From Octopus vulgaris (taxonomy: Eukaryota), in NCBI GenBank assembly GCA_951406725.2, contig OX597816.1, positions 125,488,001 to 125,552,000 of the forward strand: a stretch of 64,000 nucleotides of DNA, read 5' to 3'. Shown in pieces: positions 14,451 to 26,342 of the stretch (the first letter of the stretch is position 1; every line of letters begins with the position of its first letter). The notes beneath the pieces were generated by a model that ran no database searches, had not been told where the DNA came from, and saw only the letters and a list, made by a program, of their open reading frames with translations. The translations under genes were made by a program, and so were the position numbers.

Positions 14451-17400
14451 TTTCATTGCTAGATTAGATAATTTAATCTTGTATGCGTTTTTTATCGTTT
14501 TGAAACTTTGGCAACAGATCACTCTCCTTCATTTCAATGCTGTTTGGATATGTGAGGCATTTTGATTTAGTTTTTAATGGGTATTTTTAAAACTTCATCA
14601 TTGATATTATTTTCCGTTAAAGATCGCAGTGCAATTAAACTAGTATTAAAAACAAGACACCCTTCTTCACAAGGAATAAACCAGCCTATAGCGATTATAC
14701 ACACAGTGGGTGATAATCTTCAGAAGACTACATAGTGTGAGATAATCTTCAGAAGATCACAAATCTGTTTACATTTTTTTTATTCTGCTCTACTTCAGGT
14801 ATGTATCAAAGTTGAATGCCACGACTCCCTTACAAGTCTGAAGCATTTCAATTAAAGTAGCGTATTATTAGCTTCAGTGTAAATCTACCATTACCTTTAT
14901 ATATTCAAAGTTACCTGTAATTATGGTGGGAAACAAACGTGTATAAATTACCATGTTTACTCACTCTGTCTATTCTACTTTATAATAATGTTCATATAAG
15001 AGGGATTTGGGGAATATTTTGCTTTTAATTCAGTTAACAAAGTTTTAATTTATACAAAGTTATAGCTCCATCCACATCATTACATTTGACTATTTAATAG
15101 AATTGTTATACTATATACTCGTTTCCTGCAACTTCCTGTGTCTCTGCAACATTTAGCATTCTACAGCCTTTACAAACTTTCAAATTCATGTAGGTTTCGG
15201 ATGCAATCATCTGTATAAAATGACATAGTAAATGAAAATCCGAATATCTCCTTTTTTTACTCATGTATCAAAGGAATATACTTATTTTTCATGAAGTTCC
15301 TCGAGACAGTATCGTATCTTTACACTTCACTACAACACATTCCCAAATTTGATAGCTTCAGTGTTTCTAGTTGGACTCTGACATCAACTGACGGGAGCAC
15401 TTACCTCATACATCTGTCTGCTGGGAATATTATTTTTCTTTCTTTTTTATAACATTCATTCTACTCGCACAAAATTATATTCCGAATATGACTTGCAGAA
15501 TGTAACGAACCTGCCATCTCATATAATTCAATATTCTAACACATTTCTTTATCTTCTACTTTCTTTTCTTTCTTTTTCTTTTTTGTTATGTTTCTTATCT
15601 CTTTCTCTCGGTTTCTCTCATTTTCTTTTTCTATTGAAGCCGCCATTTTAAGTGAAATTTCTGCCCTTTCTTATAGAAAGTAGTTTGTGTATGAGAACGC
15701 AAGAAACTAAAGGTAAAATACCATCAAGACATTGAATATCACATGGTAACAGTATATTAAAAGAGCAAAGAAATGCTATAAAGCGAACAATATTAAACTA
15801 TAATGTTTTTGATATTTAACCAACATTGCTGTAAAAGTACTTTTTGTCAACTCGTAAGACATCGTTTCAATTTTTTCTCAATCTGAATTTGTTATAGTGG
15901 AAGGTAAGCAGCGTGTAGTCGAGAATATATTTATTTAAATGCGACAGAGTCTAAGTTTCACAGCAGTAAGTACGAAGAAGAAAAAGTTTTTTTAGACAGA
16001 AAAATATTCGTCATACGGTTACTTTTCAGTTCTCTCGGCGTTATTTAATATTACTAAGAGAACTGAAAAATTGCTTTTTTTCTTTTTGTATCGCTACGGG
16101 AATTATTTTTAACCAAAAACAAAACAGTTAATGGAATCGCCAGAAAACTAAATGTAAATAAAATATTAGTATTGGATTGTTGATATTATCTTTGTGAAAA
16201 TATAACACAAATGTAGTTAATGTTAAATAAAAGAATGAAATTAGCAAGACCACGACAACGTTTTGTATATATCATTACTGCTTAAACAACTGATTATATC
16301 GCATAGGAAATTTTACAGCAAAAAATGTTAAACTAATTCAACAACAAACTAGGTACAAACATATCTAATAATGTCAATAAATGAATTTAATACACAATTA
16401 AAACTCCTAGCAAAGTAGGATCGTCTTAAATATAAAAAAAAACTAAAAGGTTAAAATATAACAGAAAAATACCATAATTTTTAGACTTCTTAAACTTCAG
16501 AAGCCCTTAGATAATCAGACTTCTGATAAAGTTCTGTCGGTTTTGAATCCACTTAATTTTATTTAGGCTACAAATGCCCATACAGAATACACATTAAATA
16601 TGCAAATGTACCGTATATAAATATTAGCCTTGTAAAGATAACACTAAAAGATATATTGCAAACAATTATAGCGGTCAATAAAAGTATAGTTGTAGAAAAC
16701 TTTTGTTTTCGCATGACATTTACTTAGCGATTTTTCAGAAATAAGTGTGTTAATTGAATTCTTGATAAATCCCTTGTTACGCTCCGATGTGATTAAATAT
16801 GTCATATAAAGAGCAATATCCCGAGACTTACGTCAAATCATGAACCATCCACATAGTTGCGTCCAATTATAATCGTTGAAGCAATACAGAGGAGCTTTCT
16901 TCTAAAAACGCAGATAATCATTCACCACGAAGTGCACAGATATACACGAACGCTATCAATATATTAACTCCATTTATACCACTGTGGACCTCACCAACTC
17001 TCTCTTATTTAATACACCCCAAATTCAATGCCTAGTTTTCTGTAACTAGAGACCACCCTTGAAATTAAGCTCAATAATCTAAACAACACACTCTAACTCG
17101 CACACGAAGATCATAGAGTCAGCTATGACTATTTGATTCCTAACCGACATTTAACTCACCCCATGTCTAGACATCACAATAAGTTTTGTTAACAGAGTAG
17201 AAGTAAACCAAAAAATTAGAACGGTAATTTTGAAAAGCAGCGTCAAACTAGAGACTGAAAGGTATTTGAGTGTGACACAAAATCAAATCCTCCTCGATAC
17301 AACTTACCAGAAGAAAAAATGAAGTAAAATGCAGTAAAAATTTCGAATATATGAAGATGTGGAGAGGCAATTATCCACGTTATATCAGGTTGCTCTGGCA

Positions 17401-18067
17401 TATCAAAAAATAAAACATCTACAGACATCACAGAAGTTTATTTAAATAGGGACATTTTATCACTTATGATTATTCTATATAGGCAAGCTTCGGCAGCAAG
17501 CTTGCCATTCAACGAAAGCTTTGGCTAAGCTGAGAAGCAGATAAAAGATGAGTAACCCAGTGACAATGTTTTCACATATTTCCTAGTTCGTGTAGGTGCT
17601 TTTTTTTATTTATTGAAATGTGAATTTATTGAACTACTTTGGGAATTTTCATGTGATTAAATATGTCATATAAAGAGCAATATCCCGAGTCTAAAGGGGA
17701 AATCGTGCACCATCCACATAGTTGCAGCTCCATATTGACAGAAATTGTTCCGCCAGATCGAGGGTAATCTGCGAGAGAGAAGTTTCCAGTACGAAACAGG
17801 TAAAACTATCGTTGGCATATCTAGATACTGAAAACTTCATTTCTGTAGGCATACCAAAATTTCTTTCTGTACCGTTGCTGAAAACCCATCCCCACTTCAT
17901 AAAACATGAAGTGCCTGACACGGATCTGATCTAAACTCATTTTAAAAGGCAAAAATCGATTCAAATTTAAACAGTAATGTATGAAGTAGTCTGCGAAGAA
18001 AGGAAATAAAATTAATGGGTATTTTACTGTAAGTATTGAAAAAGTGGTTGTGTCAAAAATGCTATAA

Positions 18068-18432
18068 GGGTATCTAAGAGATACCACCATGCTAGAAATA
18101 GCAGCCAAATCTTGACTCTAAAACCACATTAACTGTTCATTAAAACCACATTAACTGTTCATTCATCACCAGGAGGGAAGACAAAACGACGAAACAAACT
18201 AGCAAAAAATTATTGGATAATTCTAGATCCCTTGTATGAGTTTTAGGCGGGCAATTTAAACCGGCCATGTGCATACGTGCATATATATGCATGTATACGT
18301 TCGTATATGTGAGTATTCGTATGTTGTGTATATATATATATATATATATATATAATATGATTCATAATATTTTACTATAAAATTGGATTTAACCCTAAAT
18401 CTGATTTTTCCCTGTAATTTTGGATTCATTCC

Positions 18433-18503
<71 letters not shown>

Positions 18504-18820
18504 TTGATAAGCAAGCTACTTACAACACAGCCACTCCTGCGCCTAATATTAACTTTCAATTTCTCACTTCATGTAAAGACTAAGAAATTTGACAGATGCT
18601 AAATTATAACTATTTCTTGATATTACACATGGTACCAGAAATGTACTTACCTGTCATATAACAATCTAGTAGTAGGAGGAGGATGAATAGTGATAAATTA
18701 CTGGAGAATTCCAGATCCCTTGCACGAGGAGTTTTAGGCGGGCAATTTAAACCGGTCGTGTGCATACGTGCATATATATGTATGTATACGTTCGTATATG
18801 TAAGTATTCGTATGTTGTAT

Positions 18821-18898
<78 letters not shown>

Positions 18899-19100
18899 AT
18901 TTATGTTGTGTCTGCATGTATTCCGCTGATGAAGGCAAAGCATTTCTTATGCAGAGTCAGATATCCGTGACCTGGAATTATCCAGTAATTTTCTTCCTAG
19001 TTTATTTTGTCTGTTTGTCTTCTTTTCTGGTGCTGTATGAACATTTAATGTGGTTTTAGAGTCAAGTTAATTCTAGCATGGTGGTATCTCTTAGATACCC
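18068..19100. mobile_element. Foldback-like composite element with ~130-160-bp inverted arms (18068-18226 and 18971-19100) and an internal ~125-bp direct repeat
   Basis: gggtatctaagagataccaccatgctagaa...cttgactctaaaaccacattaa is mirrored at the right end; 18205-18330 is repeated at ~18695-18820. Confidence 0.75.
18501..18544 (-). mobile_element. SINE family B head fragment
   Basis: Reverse complement aggcgcaggagtggctgtgttgtaagtagcttgctt matches the start of the 60507 copy. Confidence 0.7.
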
Positions 19101-19424
19101 TTAATTATAATTTTAATAACAATTATTACTTATGAGGTTTTTATTCCCATGCTGGCCCCCTGATAAGATAGGTATTTTAAATAACGATCTTAGCCTTATT
19201 TATATTAATTTATGTGTATGTGAGTGCATGTGTGTGTGTATGCATGTGTGCATGTGTGTGTGTATGTGTATATATATATATGTATGCATGTATATAAGTA
19301 GAGAGAGACAGAAGGAAAGTGGCTCAGTCTGTGTGAACTTTCCCAATGAAATTTTATTTTCAGATTTTACTTTTTATTGTCTTTATATTTCACATTATTT
19401 AAAAATACAAAATATTTCTCTTTT

Positions 19425-19608
19425 GAATTCTTTTACTTGTTTCAGTCATTTGACTGCGGCCATCCTGGAGCACCGCCTTTAGTCGAGCAAATCGACCCCA
19501 GGATTTATTCTTTGTAAGCCTTGTACTTGTTCTACGTAAACACACCAGCATCGGTTGTCAAGTGATGTTGTGGAGACAAACACTGACACGCAAACATATA
19601 CACACACA

Positions 19609-19652
<44 letters not shown>

Positions 19653-19724
19653 TATATACGACGGTCTTCTTTCAGTTTCCGTCTACCAAATCCACTCAAC
19701 GCTTTGGTCGGTCCGAGGCTATAG
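19425..19724 (-). mobile_element. SINE family B (5'-truncated, internal (TA)n)
   Basis: Reverse complement of the 49941/60507 copies (ttttacttgtttcagtcatttgactgcggcc...tccgtctaccaaatccactc). Confidence 0.85.
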
Positions 19725-19965
19725 TATCTTATCATCTTTGCTTTCTTTACAACGAGGCGCCATTTCAGTTACTTCAGTTACCCTTTTTTTCAATATCATA
19801 CTTCCTGTTCAGTGCCCTGTATTTTTGTTCGCTTTTAAGCTCCCCCTTCTCTTTTCGGTCTAACACAGAAATGTCCTTCGAATATATATCTAACCCCACT
19901 TGTATTCTTCTTTTCCACCACGGAAATTTTTTTCGTCACTCCCATTATATTTCTTTTTCTCGACC

Positions 19966-20575
19966 TTGAGCGAAACACCCGAGTTTCTAGAAGTGAATTA
20001 TCCAAACCCCCAAAATTCCTCTCAACACATGGCTATGATGCAGTTTTTGTAATTGTGCAGTTTGTATATATTGGCAGGTGCTTACCTCCTTAATCTACAA
20101 AAATGTGAAACCGTATGGCATATTACTAGTCAATGTACGCCGCTAGCCCAGAAAGCATATAAGAGACGTCACAATATAGCAATGATTGTCCATTGGACAT
20201 TTTGCAACAAGTATGGACTTCGCAGGGCGAAAAAAGTGGTACAAACATAAACCTGAAGGCATCATCGAAAATGATAATGCAAAGATCCTATGGGATTTTA
20301 TGATTCAGTGCGACTATGAGATAGAGAATAGGGAACCAGACATAGTGTTAATTGAGAAAGAAAGCAAACGATGCTGGATCATAGATATAGCATGCCCAGC
20401 TGACAACAAGGTATGCGATAAGGAAGAAAGAAAAGTCGATAGATATAACCGGTTAGCTTGGGAAGTTAAGCAGTTGTGGTCGATGAAAAAGGTGGTAGCA
20501 GTACCAATATTTGTCGGAGTCCTAGGAACAGTGAGTAAAAATCTTGAGAAGTACATGGAACAAATAGGGCTGCAA
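19966..20575 (+). mobile_element. R4/Dong-like LINE 3' portion (end of zinc knuckle plus restriction-like endonuclease), preceded by a fragment of the 63.6-kb repeat
   Basis: ETVWHITSQC..YKRRHN, then KILWDFMIQCD..NREPDIVLI..WIIDIACPAD..RKVDRY (PD-(D/E)xK RLE); 19966-20040 matches ~63865-63940. Confidence 0.85.
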
Positions 20576-21452
20576 GAAGAGAGAAGTGATGAAAATGAAC
20601 ACAAAAACAAGAGAAATGTTGACAGTACACGGAGCCTTCCACACTAAGAGTGAGACCGAAAGGAGAGTGAGATGAAAGAAAGCTTTAGGCGAGAATACAT
20701 CAGAAGAAACAATTATGGAGAGTAGACTCAACGGAATAAAGAAGATCAGGGCAATAAATATATGAGTTGGCTCTTCAATGCAATAAAACGCAGATGTTTT
20801 TAGGCGAACAAAGAACGAGCTTGAGCAAATTATAGAGAAATCAGGAAAGTGATAGCAATGAACAAGAAACTGCACCCTAAAAGCGATATCGATATACTGT
20901 ATCTGCCTAGATACAAAGAAAGAAGTGGTCTCATTGGATGCGAGCTCTGTATTGTCAATGAAGAAAACAGTCTGGGGTAGTACGCGAAACAGCAGATTGA
21001 ACCTTTGTTACTGTTAGAAATATCAACACGATACCTAGTGAAATGTGACACACCCAAAATGATGGAGGACAAAGATTAAACAACTGGAAAATCTAAACGA
21101 TGACTGGACAATACCTCGTAGAAATGGAAGTGATTGACAAGATCAACATCTGGAGATGGCTAAAAAAATTATCTGAAAGAATGTACTGAGGTATTGATAT
21201 GCAGCGCCACAAAACAAGTCCTGAGAACTAAATACACCAAATTCCAAATAGATAAAAGTAGTAGATCGCCCGTTGGTAGGACGTGTGGCAGCATAAATAA
21301 AGCAATCTCTCATATTGTAGGTGAGAAAAGAATACAAAAGGCAGCATGATAGTGTAGTTAAGTCTGCACGGTGGCGGGGTTTATGTGAGAAGTACAGTTT
21401 TTGAAAGGGCACAGAAATGGTACGAGCATAAACCAGAAGGTATCATCGAGAT
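20575..21452 (+). mobile_element. Second decayed R4/Dong-like fragment (post-RT region to the start of the RLE)
   Basis: LHPKSDIDILYLPR..SGLIG, TEVLICSATKQVLRT, EYKRQHDSVV, WYEHKPEGII; same motif order as the 43-44 kb element. Confidence 0.75.
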
Positions 21453-21833
21453 ACGATTACCTTGCATTCGAACAATATGCCCTGCCCATCTGCACTGAAT
21501 TATCAACAGCATGCTTTCGATACTGGAGCTATCACATTTCTATAAAATTTTAAAATTTGTTATCTTTATTTTGTCATTATATGTCAAGAGATATTCTGCA
21601 GATTGAACAGCTCACAAAACTCCGAGTGTTACTCGGTTCACAAAATAGTTCGCACAAACGTATTTGTTAAACCATATACATAACCTTTTGTTATTAAGAT
21701 CCAATATTCCTCTGAAAATAAGTATGTCTTCATCAAAAAATTTTGAGAATATAGAGAACATTGATCCTAAGTTTTTGTAGGGTAAATACATACTTGTATA
21801 TACACGTGTGTGTGTGTGTCTGTCTATTTGTGT

Positions 21834-21888
<55 letters not shown>

Positions 21889-21949
21889 CATGTATGTATG
21901 TATGAATGTATGTATGAATGTATGTATATATGTATTTATGTATGTATGT

Positions 21950-22472
21950 CGTTATTCAGTTTTATTTCAAGATTTATTGCCAATAGAGAAAGAGCCAGTT
22001 TCTAACCTAAATCCAAAGCTCCTTCATTGGAATTTCAACATCAACAGGATATTTTTGCATGTATGTATATGTGCAGATTTGTATGTTTTCCTTTATGTAT
22101 GCATTCTCATGCATATAGTTGCATGTCTTGACAGGCTCATATATACTTAAATGATAAACTCTTAGAAAGTTTTAAAGATACTTACAATTCCAGTGATGGA
22201 TTGGATCTGTAGTCTTCAAATCAGTCATCTCCTTTTTGGCTTTGGGGAAGCTTAATTTTTCAAGATTGCTATTTAAGCAGTGTGTTACATATTCCAGTGC
22301 CCCAGTAATTACGGGTATAAACCTGAACTTGTATTCTGGATAAAGTAACTGTAGTTCCCTCAATAGTTCAGCGTAGGTAGTTTCTGCCTCGCTGGTCTTT
22401 AGCTTTATGTTAACATCCGCTGGACAGGTGATTTCCACAACTATACACTGTTTTCCTCTCTGTCCCAAATTA
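21950..22472 (-). mobile_element. 3' end of an RLE-type non-LTR retrotransposon (RLE C-terminus plus 3' UTR with AATAAA)
   Basis: IVIWDREE..VVEITCPADVNIKLK..E.TYAELLRELQLLYPEYKFRFIPVITGAL; flanked by (TATG)n. Confidence 0.8.
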
Positions 22473-22639
22473 CTATGTGTGTGTGCATGTATGCATGCAT
22501 GTATGTATGTATGTATGTACGTGTGTATCTCTCTTCTTCTCTCTTTACTCTCTCTCTCTTGCCCTCTTCTATTTCTAGCCTTCTTTCTCTTTTCATCCCC
22601 ACACTTTTTCTCTTCATCCCCACACTTTTTTCTCTCTGT

Positions 22640-23100
22640 CGCTCTCCTCTCTCTTACCCTCTTTCTTCTCTGCTTGCGGCTGACACGTGACCCGTGGCCA
22701 GCCTTTCTTTCTCTTCCTTTCTTTACACCGGTCGCGTAGCTGACAAGTCCTAAATTCTCTGTGTCCCACTGGTGCATGTTTAGCGTTACCCCAAATTCAT
22801 GTTCTTTTGGCCCTGGGACTGTCTTTGCCCTTCGTCCATCGTCTTAAATTACATTTATTCAATTTCGTATGTCCACTTCTGCATCGTTTGTTATCCATGT
22901 ATTGTTTGCTCTCGGCTTTATATTCTCCTCAGGAAAAGCCAGCACGGGAAGCATGGTGTAAAACTGAGTAATACCAACTGGCTGATAACTGATGAAGAAT
23001 TAGGGATCTTTTTTGTCTGTCTTCCGTCATTTTGTGCACTCCATATACATTATACGTTTTTTACTTGTCGTTTGTGTATTCATTATACATTTTTCGTTTA
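22640..23100 (+). repeat. Microsatellite-embedded short element carrying TAACTGATGAAGAATT
   Basis: 16-nt motif identical to the one at ~6225-6240; pyrimidine-rich flanks. Confidence 0.45.
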
Positions 23101-24479
23101 CGTACGTATGTATGTATGTATGAATGTATGTATGTATGTATGTATGTATGTATGTATGTATGTATGTATGTATGTATGTATGTATGTATGTATGTATGTG
23201 AAGAAATTCATATACAAACATCTGTGTGTTTGTTCAACCAATAATTTAACGATGACTGCATTGTATAATCAATAGCAAGTTCGAAGTAGAACGTTTCTTT
23301 ATTATTTCTGATTATAGTTTTACAAATTATCATATCTCAGTCAGTTAATGCAGATGAAACGAAAAATTTATTGGGCTATCTTACAATAAGTGTACCATTT
23401 GAGTAAATTGTCACATTTACAATTATTAAATGTAAAATAGGTACTAAGAAACGTGAATAAATTTTCAGTGTTATACAAGCTGGTACATATAAAATATGCT
23501 GATTGACGTATTTTTCTCGTATGTACACCTACGAAAAAGATCTCGATCCAGCTACTGGATTTTCTGCGATATTGTTGATGATACAGAGCATTATAAATTC
23601 ATAACTTCGGTAATTGATACTTGGATATTCAAATTCAACTTACTAAATTTTCTCTCTGATGGTGTTGTGCTTTCGCATCGGGAAGCTTACTTGATTGCTT
23701 GAAATAATGTTACCTATCTTAAAGTGACATATTCTTTTGAGCACTTATCGGGCACGAGAACTTGCGATGAATAATGATCGTTATTTAATAGGAAATTCTA
23801 GTTGCCAATTTCCCTCAAATTCTTCATGTAGTACAAATAGCATGAGATTTTTAATATAAGCATACATTATTAATAGCAATATCAAATCACTTTAACGACT
23901 AGTGTGGCATGCCAGTTGTTTGTTACAACCGGGTGAAGACAAAATTCTTATCAATTAATAGTAAGGAAAGAGTTAAGTAATTGATATAAACATATAGTAT
24001 ATATGATATTTATGAAGTTTTACTCATTGCAGAAATATTTTCCAGTAACATGTCTCTTGCCTGAGCGTGATTATGTAAACTTCTAAATAAATGTGTGTGT
24101 ATGTGTTTGCGTTTGTGTGTGTGTGTGTGTGTTAGTGTGTGTGTGTGTGTTTGCCGGTATGTATGTGTGTGCATGTGCTGTACGTATATGTATATTTATG
24201 TGACTAGAATTACCAATCATACGCACAGACAAAAATCGAATTTCTTCAAAATAAACTTTAAAGCAATTTAACAGCAAAAGGCAACTCAACTGAATTACAC
24301 TTTCTGTGTAATTTACTGAATGTTTTGAAATAGATAATCTAATATATTCTTAGTATGATTATTATTTCTTTTAGGACTAAAATTCGGTCAAAATGGATAA
24401 ATGTATAAGTATTAGGTGACGATAAATAGGTCAGGGAAATACAGCAAAAGATAGCTTCTATATGTCGTTAAATAATGCT

Positions 24480-24850
24480 TGTGAGACAGTGGATGAGATT
24501 GTTGATGCAGTGTCTACTAGAAATTGTTTCTTGGACAATGTAAAAAGAAAGATAGCAGGCTTCAAAAACAAGACGAATATTTGCACTCACATGCTGAAGT
24601 TTAAAGATTTTGTTGAAATATTCTAGATCTCAAAAATAAATATCGCGTTTTACCAGAGAGTAAACATTACTTGGCTCCAGTTTATAGTTTCTTGATTGTG
24701 TGAGCATACATTCTTAGCCTTTAAATAATATAAAGATAACAACAAAAGCAAAGCCTGACACGTCTTAACATGGAGAATGATGTGAGTATGTTTTACGAGC
24801 AAATAATGCCGAATTTTGACAAACAGTTCAGGGACAGATTCTCACTAACA
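24480..24850 (+). pseudogene. hAT (Charlie/Buster-like) transposase C-terminal dimerisation-domain remnant
   Basis: Frameshifted peptides KNKYRVL, LCEHTF, LNMENDV, IMPNFDK, SH* follow the YP.L..LCE..FS..RL.ME.D..I.PNF..SH pattern. Confidence 0.45.
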
Positions 24851-26048
24851 GTATCAGTTCTACACTTTTTTCTGTCTTATTACTCTTTAAATTTGTCATA
24901 CACGACAATTATAATGTAGTAAATTTTATTTTGCTGCAATAAATATCAGTAACTCACTGTCATGAATGCCAAGTAATTTATTTATTTATTTTTGTTTTTA
25001 AAGGTTATTACTTTGCTTACGATTGCATTAGCAAGGAATACTATAGAAATTTGGAGAAAATAGTGTGAAGTAGAAACGAGGTGCCACATTATGTTCGATT
25101 AGGTCTGATACAGAATAAAATAGATTGATAGACTCTATATGATGGCCAAAGAATTTTAAAACCTACACTTCAGTAACCTTTAAATATGAACATTACAAAA
25201 TATCAGGTGATTGTAAATACGAGGCTCAAACACACGAAAAAATTGTAGATTTATCCTAACATTACAGTTGATAGGTGACAAACATGAAAAGAAAGACAAG
25301 TATGTAAGTACCTAGTAAAAGCGAAAGTTAAACTCCACAACATTCTGCAGCTTAACCATTTGCTGAATTTCTTCTCAATATATAGACATGCCACCACAAA
25401 GCTACAAATTCAAAGTAATTTTAAACGATGTCGTTCATAGTATAGTTTTGCAATGGAACTCTCACTCCTATTGAGACATAGGAACGAATCAATAAGTGAG
25501 CATTTAAGCGGTGATCCAAATGTCTAGAAAAATAAGCTAATTCTCCTTCAAATCAAATTCTGCTATACTAAAACGAAACAAATCACATTGAATAATGTAG
25601 TCTTAAATATACGATTTCTGAAAATAAGAACCAGTCTAACCCTAAGAGTATATTTTTTATAGCTTTAAACTAATAAAAGCAGTATAATCTAAAAGTGGTT
25701 TTAATTAATATTACAGTCACACTGACATTTTACAACTAAACTATAAATTTCATATTTTACAAAGTTAATCGGATAAGATCTAAACTTATATCAGAAGTAT
25801 TCGACTGTATTTGAATATTATTTAAATGGTATTTATTTATTTACCTTTACACGGTTTTAATCCTGTAGATTTCATGATTTGTTGTAGTAGCATGACCTCC
25901 TGAACTCAGTATTCCTTGTCAACGGTATGTCACGATGATTACTGAACCCAGCCTTAAGAGAAATATTTTCTTAGTGCAACTCTAGAGCAGTTACATTATT
26001 TACATTATTTACATTAGACGGATATTTGTTCTCATCTTGTTTCTTGTT

Positions 26049-26094
26049 AACACAACGTTTCGGCTGATATACCCTCCAGCCTTCATCAGGTGTC
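26049..26094 (-). ncRNA. Minimal type I hammerhead ribozyme (PLE-type)
   Basis: Minus strand GACAC-CUGAUGA-A-GGCUG(gagggtatat)CAGCC-GAAA-CG-UU-GUGUU: stem I GACAC/GUGUU, 5-bp stem II, palindromic ACGU stem III, GUU cleavage triplet. Confidence 0.85.
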
Positions 26095-26177
26095 TTGGAG
26101 AAATTTCGAAGCTGGGTTCTCATTCCTAAGGTACTTTTCGATGTTGTTATTATTATTATTATTGTTGTTGTTGTTCA

Positions 26178-26250
26178 GGTCACTGCTTGGAATCGAACTC
26201 TGAATCTTGGGACTAGTAGCCTGCGCTCCTAACCACTATGCCATATGACC
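26178..26250 (-). promoter_or_regulatory. tRNA-derived Pol III promoter head (pseudo-tRNA, not a functional tRNA)
   Basis: 73 nt: GGTCAT...GTGACC acceptor-like stem, A box TGGCATAGTGG, B box GAGTTCGATTCC; anticodon and T arms pair poorly. Confidence 0.75.
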
Positions 26251-26342
26251 GTGTGAATTTTATGGACTGAATTTTAGGCTTATAAATCTAATATCATTCT
26301 ATCCATCCTTAATACCAGTTTCCATATGCTGCTAAAAGAGTA

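Noticed and set aside
15395-15430. Perfect minus-strand donor GAG|GTAAGT (similar ones near 60315 and 60440)
   Set aside because: No convincing acceptor or open exon upstream; expected by chance in 64 kb
17740-17805. Exon-like segment (cag|...CSARSRVICERE...CAG|gtaaaa) resembling a C-type lectin end
   Set aside because: Weak polypyrimidine tract, no partner exons, and it adjoins a local duplication
22172-22777. 201-aa ORF as a host gene
   Set aside because: Chimera of purine-rich low-complexity DNA, a (CATA)n tract and an RLE fragment
26178-26250. Functional tRNA gene
   Set aside because: Anticodon and T stems do not pair properly; treated as a tRNA-derived promoter head
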